Source of the DNA: a virus
Lineage: Duplodnaviria; Caudoviricetes
Length of the DNA: 53,292 bases
IMG/VR virus record: IMGVR_UViG_3300020442_000769
Span: 1 to 53,292 of that record
Strand: one strand, 5' to 3'
Under the pieces are notes generated by a model. It was not told the origin of the DNA and did not search any database. It worked only from the letters and a program-made list of their open reading frames with translations. Both the position numbers and the translations under genes were made by a program. Positions 48,894-53,292 of this stretch are shown piece after piece (position 1 is the stretch's first letter; every line of letters begins with the position of its first letter).

Positions 48894-48978
48894 TCTGGGG
48901 TGGTGAAATTGGTAAACACGCACAACTGTTTATTGTGTGCAGAAATGCTTGTAGGTTCGAGTCCTACCCCCAGAGCCA
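48894..48978 (+). tRNA. Atypical tRNA, anticodon GUU (Asn), long variable arm
   Basis: Acceptor TCTGGGG/CCCCAGA, G73, encoded CCA; D-arm GTG-AAATTGGTAAA-CAC; anticodon arm CACAA-CTGTTTA-TTGTG; variable arm GCA-GAAA-TGC; T-arm GTAGG-TTCGAGT-CCTAC. Confidence 0.92.
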
Positions 48979-49097
48979 AACGGCGACAATGACACCGTTC
49001 GAGCAACCTCGCAAACATAATGTAAACATCATTCCGAAATTGGTCTTTTGTCGTAAAAAATTAAATTACAAAAAATTTTAGGGAAGTACTTAAACTT

Positions 49098-49340
49098 TTA
49101 TTCAGGGTCTTTTTGGCCTGCTGGTTCACAAGTCTGTGGTGCAAATATACAACCTAATGCATCTGCTATTGCGTTAAAGTCAGCAGGTCCACCATTTGTT
49201 ATTCGTTCTTTATTAATGATGTTGCCCTCAAGTTTCTTCTTTTCTACTGTTGCATCTTTGTTTGCTACACTACTGCAACCTAACACAGATACGATTACTA
49301 CTGCACATAAACCGTTAACCATATATACCCTTTTGTTCAT
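49098..49340 (-). CDS. Small lipoprotein (80 aa)
   Basis: MNKRVYMVNGLCAVVIVSVLGC lipobox; GATAAGTA box 7 nt upstream; the longer ORF-track start is rejected. Confidence 0.6.
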   Translation of the reverse strand: MNKRVYMVNGLCAVVIVSVLGCSSVANKDATVEKKKLEGNIINKERITNGGPADFNAIADALGCIFAPQTCEPAGQKDPE

Positions 49341-49398
49341 ACACACATACTTATCGGGTTTTGGGTGCATGGAAATAGTAGTAGATAAGCCGCGACGC

Positions 49399-49621
49399 GG
49401 AAAAAGCCATTTAAGCGGTGTAACCGCGGTAGCGGTGGAAAAGCCATTTAAAGCAGATCGGTAGCGAAATTTTTTCGACCCGCGAAGCGGTAGCGGTAGC
49501 AACGCAAAAACGGTAGCACCGGAAATTGGCCTTTTAGTTTAATACCCTACCTCTTTTTAGCCATGCATTTAAGACACCGTAAATGCTCCTAAAATGCTCC
49601 TAAATGGCTCTTAAATGCCTC
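49399..49621. repeat. Non-coding short-repeat cluster (candidate origin or protein-binding array)
   Basis: CGGTAGC x5 (49427, 49459, 49488, 49494, 49511); GGAAAA(A)GCCATTTAA x2 (49399, 49437); TAAATG(C/G)(T/C)-like decamer x4 (49580-49621). Confidence 0.8.
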
Positions 49622-49832
49622 TTTAGTGTCTTTGTAGTACAAACACCTATCAGACGTATACAAAGACCTTATAGTGCGTTTAAAACGCCTTTTTAAGTGT
49701 GTGCTATACTTCGTTGCACACCGTTCGTACTGCACACGGGGCCCCTAGTACGCCAAAACCTTTTTACGATGCAAAACGGATACACGTTCAAATTGTACAA
49801 CCTTTTAGTGTACAATGGCTATATAATACGAG

Positions 49833-49859
49833 ACGCAAATTTCCGATTTGCGTTTTTTT
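49833..49859 (+). terminator. Terminator-like hairpin in the porin 5' region
   Basis: ACGCAAAT-TTCCG-ATTTGCGT-TTTTTT, 28 nt before the ATG. Confidence 0.6.
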
Positions 49860-49887
49860 ACGATCGTAGAAAAGGAAACAAACAATA

Positions 49888-50943
49888 ATGAATAAAATGA
49901 AAACAATCATTTTAGCAACTGCTCTGACTGTACTTACATTTGGTGCTGTTGCTGAAGAACTTTCGCTTGAAGACAGAGTAAGCAAGTTGGAAGACAAGAG
50001 TTTGGGATTACCCAACGGATTTTTTATTAACGGTGAAATAGAAGGTTATTATGATGACAAGACCTATGACTCAGGCTGGGACTCACGTGGTGCGTTACAG
50101 TTTGGCGTAGAAACATCATTACCTGACAATGAACTTAACATCGACTGGGTTGGTGGCACAACTACTATTGATTCACACTATGCACTTAATACTGCTGACA
50201 ACAACAAACTAGTTGAAAAGCAGTTGGGTTTTGGTAATGATACTGCTAGAATCTACATAGGTGAAACTGACGCACAGAGAATGGGATTTGCAAAGACTCC
50301 TAAAATTTCTGCTCCGTTGATCTATACAGAAACAAACTATCGTATTGATCATAGAGAAAAGACTGTGTTAACGTTTGGTGGTTGGCAGTATGACAATGAG
50401 TTTGACTTTGACAGTCACAGACTATCAAAAGAAAAGCCATGGGGTGTTGCACTGGCCTATGACAATAACAACAATGTATACTATGGAACTGCAACTGTGG
50501 ACCTAGGTCTTGCAGAAGTATCATATATGCACATCACTGGTCCAGAGGATACTAACAAGGATGATCAACAGGGTTACGCAATAGGCGGATCACTGCATCG
50601 TTTTGGTGTACCTATGCTGTGGGGTGTTGAACTGTGGGACGACAAGAACACAGGTACATACACTGAAGATGACAGACTAGACTATGGTGTTATGTATAAT
50701 GTTACTGAGGCTGTGTACGTTTCTGCACACAGAACAGAGAATGATGATCTAGGCTATGATGGAAACTACTATGGAGTTGTGTACAACTTGGTCACAGACT
50801 ATGATGCTACCAAACGTGCTGACAAACAGGACGGACTTGAAGTAGGATTATACTATCATGACAAAGAGCAGACTAACATAGCAACTGGTGCCTATACAGA
50901 TCACGGCAGTCAGTTTCTTGCTTCCGTTAGATACAAATTCTAA
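49888..50943 (+). CDS. Outer-membrane beta-barrel porin-like protein
   Basis: Sec signal peptide, short coiled coil, alternating amphipathic strands, C-terminal ASVRYKF beta-signal. Confidence 0.8.
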   Translation: MNKMKTIILATALTVLTFGAVAEELSLEDRVSKLEDKSLGLPNGFFINGEIEGYYDDKTYDSGWDSRGALQFGVETSLPDNELNIDWVGGTTTIDSHYALNTADNNKLVEKQLGFGNDTARIYIGETDAQRMGFAKTPKISAPLIYTETNYRIDHREKTVLTFGGWQYDNEFDFDSHRLSKEKPWGVALAYDNNNNVYYGTATVDLGLAEVSYMHITGPEDTNKDDQQGYAIGGSLHRFGVPMLWGVELWDDKNTGTYTEDDRLDYGVMYNVTEAVYVSAHRTENDDLGYDGNYYGVVYNLVTDYDATKRADKQDGLEVGLYYHDKEQTNIATGAYTDHGSQFLASVRYKF

Positions 50944-50958
50944 TAGCAATTATAAACT

Positions 50959-50992
50959 AAAAAGCCCCAAGCGAAAGCAAGGGGCTTTTTTT
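50959..50992. terminator. Bidirectional intrinsic terminator
   Basis: AAAAAGCCCC-AAGCGAAAGCAA-GGGGCTTTTTTT between convergent genes. Confidence 0.85.
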
Positions 50993-50998
50993 GTGACT

Positions 50999-51193
50999 TT
51001 ATATCTTGTTCTTGGCTGGAACTGTAATGTGTCCGGCTACATGACCCACACGTGGACCATGCTTGAAACGATATCCTGAAGTACCGCCAGCATTGGCATC
51101 AACCGCTGGTCTTGAACCTGCAAGTAATCTTTCCTTGCGTTTCAAGATCTGTGCCTCACGGTACATCTTGTGTAAATGATCGAATCTGTTCAT
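50999..51193 (-). CDS. 64-aa basic peptide downstream of the glutamine riboswitch
   Basis: Strong GAGGAGG SD; terminator directly after. Confidence 0.8.
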   Translation of the reverse strand: MNRFDHLHKMYREAQILKRKERLLAGSRPAVDANAGGTSGYRFKHGPRVGHVAGHITVPAKNKI

Positions 51194-51220
51194 AACACCC
51201 TCCTCTGTTAAAAGTTAGGT

Positions 51221-51265
51221 GCGTTCCTTCGCATTATGCTACTTCCGTCCCGATTGGGATGAACG
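51221..51265 (-). ncRNA. Glutamine riboswitch class I (glnA RNA motif)
   Basis: - strand CGUUC-A-UCCC(AAUC)GGGA-CGGAAGUA-GCA(UAA)UGC-GAAG-GAACG-C: three-stem junction with P1 CGUUC/GAACG and E-loop AGUA/GAA, matching the glnA motif as I know it. Confidence 0.82.
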
Positions 51266-51270
51266 TATTA

Positions 51271-51402
51271 CTATTTAGCAGGTGTGGTATGTTCAATTTG
51301 CTTGGGTGGCTGTGGATTTTCTGGTCCTCCAACGATGGCTAGTAGCACAAGCATTATTGCTATGCATAGTGAGAACCGCCAACTGTTTAAGAACTCATTC
51401 AT
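51271..51402 (-). CDS. Small membrane peptide (43 aa)
   Basis: Hand-found MNEFLNSWRFSLCIAIMLVLLAIVGGPENP...PAK*; CTAAATA 6 nt upstream. Confidence 0.55.
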   Translation of the reverse strand: MNEFLNSWRFSLCIAIMLVLLAIVGGPENPQPPKQIEHTTPAK

Positions 51403-51487
51403 GTAGATTATTTAGCGATGTGCTGAAAATAATTACATTCGGCTTGTAGATAATATCCAATTACATATAAATACAAATTAAAAACTT

Positions 51488-51937
51488 ATGAGTTTAAAAG
51501 TGAGCGACAACACCAGTATATCAATGCCAATCAGAAATATGTTGGCGATCATAGGTGCGGTGGCAGTAGGTGTGTGGGCATACTTTGGTATAGTTGAAAG
51601 ACTGAACCTATTAGAAAACAAATCAGTGTTACTTGAAAAGGACATGGACTCTGCTCATGAAAGACTGCACACAGAAGTAAAACAAAACACAGAGTTTAGA
51701 ATAAAATATCCAAGAGGTGAATTAGGTCAAAGTGCTCAGGACATAGAACAGTTTATGTTGATTGAAGACCTTTACAAGAGTGTGGATAGAATTATCAAAG
51801 AATTAGATGAAGGTAGAAACAACAAAGTAAACATTGAATTCTTAAAAGAACAAATGGAAAAGGCACTGGAAAACATAGAACGTTTGAAAGATGCTGACAG
51901 AGAGATTGTTTACAAAAACGGTAATGGGGGACACTAA
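51488..51937 (+). CDS. Membrane-anchored coiled-coil hypothetical protein
   Basis: One TM helix then heptads; TATAAATA at 51466. Confidence 0.7.
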   Translation: MSLKVSDNTSISMPIRNMLAIIGAVAVGVWAYFGIVERLNLLENKSVLLEKDMDSAHERLHTEVKQNTEFRIKYPRGELGQSAQDIEQFMLIEDLYKSVDRIIKELDEGRNNKVNIEFLKEQMEKALENIERLKDADREIVYKNGNGGH

Positions 51938-52146
51938 TGATAGAAACAGTAGTAGCATTGTTGATGTTTGTTAACGGCGAAATCAAAGAACATAGAATTC
52001 AAGAGAACATGGCAAAATGTTTGCGTGGTAAACGTCAAGCAGAAAGACAGTATTCTCCTAGTGTAAAATATCAATGTTGGAAAGGCCAAGGCGAAACAGA
52101 GATATACATGGGCGAGAAGTCAATCAAAGCAATCATACTTAATTAA
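51937..52146 (+). CDS. Small Cys-containing hypothetical protein
   Basis: TAATG-coupled; signal-like N-terminus, two Cys. Confidence 0.65.
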   Translation: MIETVVALLMFVNGEIKEHRIQENMAKCLRGKRQAERQYSPSVKYQCWKGQGETEIYMGEKSIKAIILN

Positions 52147-52239
52147 TAATTACTTGCATTATTAAGTTAGCACATAATAAAAAATCTAAAAATTTTAAAT
52201 ACTGTTGAGAGCAGATTAACCTGAGCCAGGGAGAGGGCC

Positions 52240-52710
52240 ATAATAGATCCTATTAGTGCATTTGCCGTAGCAACTACGGCATACAAGACAATTTCAAAAG
52301 CAGTAGCCGTTGGACAAGACATAGAAAACGTAACCACCCAGTTGGGTAAATGGTTTACTGCAACTTCAGATATTCGCAAAGCCAAAGAACTAAACAAGAA
52401 AGCACCACTGTTTAAAAAAGTGTTTGCCGCAGGTTCAGTTGAAGAAGAAGCACTACAACTACTAATGCACGAAAAGAAAATCCAAGAGATGGAAAAAGAA
52501 TTACGCACTCTGCTGAACTTCCGCTATGGTCACAAGACCTGGGAAGAGATGATTGAGATGCGCCGTAAGATAGCCAAGAAGAGAGAAGAAGAGGTATATA
52601 GAGTTGAAGAGTTTAAACGTCAACTCATAGAAGCAGTCAGCATTATTGTCCTTATGCTACTGATAGCAGGAGTAGTATTAGGTACTGTATGGCTGTACAT
52701 GAACAGGTAA
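52240..52710 (+). CDS. Hypothetical protein with C-terminal TM helix; probable ATA start
   Basis: Frame open from ATA 52240 (IIDPISAFAVATTAYK...) behind a GGGAGAGGG SD-like element; the track start is TTG 52342. Confidence 0.6.
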   Translation: MIDPISAFAVATTAYKTISKAVAVGQDIENVTTQLGKWFTATSDIRKAKELNKKAPLFKKVFAAGSVEEEALQLLMHEKKIQEMEKELRTLLNFRYGHKTWEEMIEMRRKIAKKREEEVYRVEEFKRQLIEAVSIIVLMLLIAGVVLGTVWLYMNR

Positions 52711-52720
52711 GGAGCCGCAC

Positions 52721-53005
52721 ATGGAATACTCATTTGGAATACCCCTAAGTACCAGAACCACTGTAAATCAAGATGTAAGCGACAATCAAAGCAAATACAT
52801 ACGCACACGTATCAGTCAACTGCGTGAGGACATGGCCAAAGCACACGACCCAATGGATCAGCAATGGTACCAACGTTGCATACAAGAACTAGAATGGGTT
52901 CAGCAGATGAAAGGCAAACCCACGCACAACTGCTACATGAAACCCTCCGCAAGGACCTACGAACAAGATAAAATAGATTCAGATGCGAAAGGTAATTGGT
53001 TTTGA
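52721..53005 (+). CDS. Hypothetical protein
   Basis: TAAGGAG SD. Confidence 0.65.
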   Translation: MEYSFGIPLSTRTTVNQDVSDNQSKYIRTRISQLREDMAKAHDPMDQQWYQRCIQELEWVQQMKGKPTHNCYMKPSARTYEQDKIDSDAKGNWF

Positions 53006-53232
53006 TTCATGCATTCATGCTCATAGTAGTACTAGGGTCAGGTGAAGAAGCCAAGCAACAGCCTAACCCTATGTACTTTAGAAGCATTGATGTTTGTCAG
53101 TATTATGCACGAAGAATTCCCCAACAGTATGGCAACTATGGATACCGAGATCTAGTTCCCAGAGAACACAGGATCACTGCATACTGTAAACCCACCTACA
53201 CCAAAGACGGAGCACACATATATGATCATTGA
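52996..53232 (+). CDS. Small exported Cys-containing hypothetical protein
   Basis: Hydrophobic N-terminus, YFRSIDVC...TAYCKP. Confidence 0.6.
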   Translation: MVLIHAFMLIVVLGSGEEAKQQPNPMYFRSIDVCQYYARRIPQQYGNYGYRDLVPREHRITAYCKPTYTKDGAHIYDH

Positions 53233-53292
53233 ACTGGCCATGGCAGGCTTTCTACAATGCCACCTCGCTATTAATGTAATAGAAGATGATGT

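Noticed and set aside
48926-48932. Reading the tRNA as an ochre suppressor (UUA) or as evidence of stop-codon recoding
   Set aside because: The 7-nt loop centres on GUU. Genes tile densely in the standard code and end in TAA, TAG or TGA.
48884-49081. 65-aa ORF in the track
   Set aside because: It overlaps the tRNA, has a TTG start and no SD; spurious.
49390-49500. c-di-GMP-I riboswitch (GACGC..AAAGCC..TAA..GGTAGCGG resemblance)
   Set aside because: No GCAAA/GNRA P2 element or closing P1 could be built, and the motifs are better explained as direct repeats.
49341-49502. N-terminal extension of the 49098..49502 ORF, and ORFs 49216..49464 and 49697..49888
   Set aside because: They run through the repeat/regulatory DNA; the lipoprotein signal and promoter fit ATG 49340.
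49399-49621. CRISPR array
   Set aside because: Repeats are only 7-16 nt and irregularly spaced, with no unique spacers of constant length and no cas genes.
202-52808. Many short antisense or alternate-frame ORFs in the track (e.g. 202..399, 5982..6179, 30428..30853, 33373..33876, 34339..34803, 52167..52508)
   Set aside because: They are shadows of confidently assigned genes, with no SD, promoter or recognisable motif.

Overview
This AT-rich, gene-dense 53 kb window comes from a large T4-like myovirus genome. The host is probably a marine bacterium; the alphaproteobacterial flavour of ClpP, the NCS2 permease and the porin is inference only. The virion/packaging block holds gp15-, gp14- and gp13-like neck genes, sheath, tube, gp4 and terminase. 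The replication/recombination block holds gp32, UvsX, UvsY, UvsW, a clamp-loader-like subunit, primase, helicase and two family-C (DnaE-type) polymerase genes. There is also a large sugar-modification cluster and host-like accessory genes (Prx5, NCS2 purine permease, ClpP, porin). The most unusual part is 48-51.4 kb. (i) A 271-aa catalytic-core-only class II Asn/Asp-tRNA-synthetase-like gene is followed 10 nt later by an aberrant tRNA with a GUU anticodon, U37, a Leu-like D-arm and a long variable arm. (ii) A repeat-rich non-coding stretch may be an origin. (iii) A porin sits behind a terminator-containing leader. (iv) A glnA-type glutamine riboswitch lies in front of a 64-aa basic peptide. 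Many late-type (N)TAAATA and sigma70-type promoters sit 4-8 nt from an ATG, which suggests widespread leaderless translation. All product calls come from motif recognition by eye; no database searches were run.
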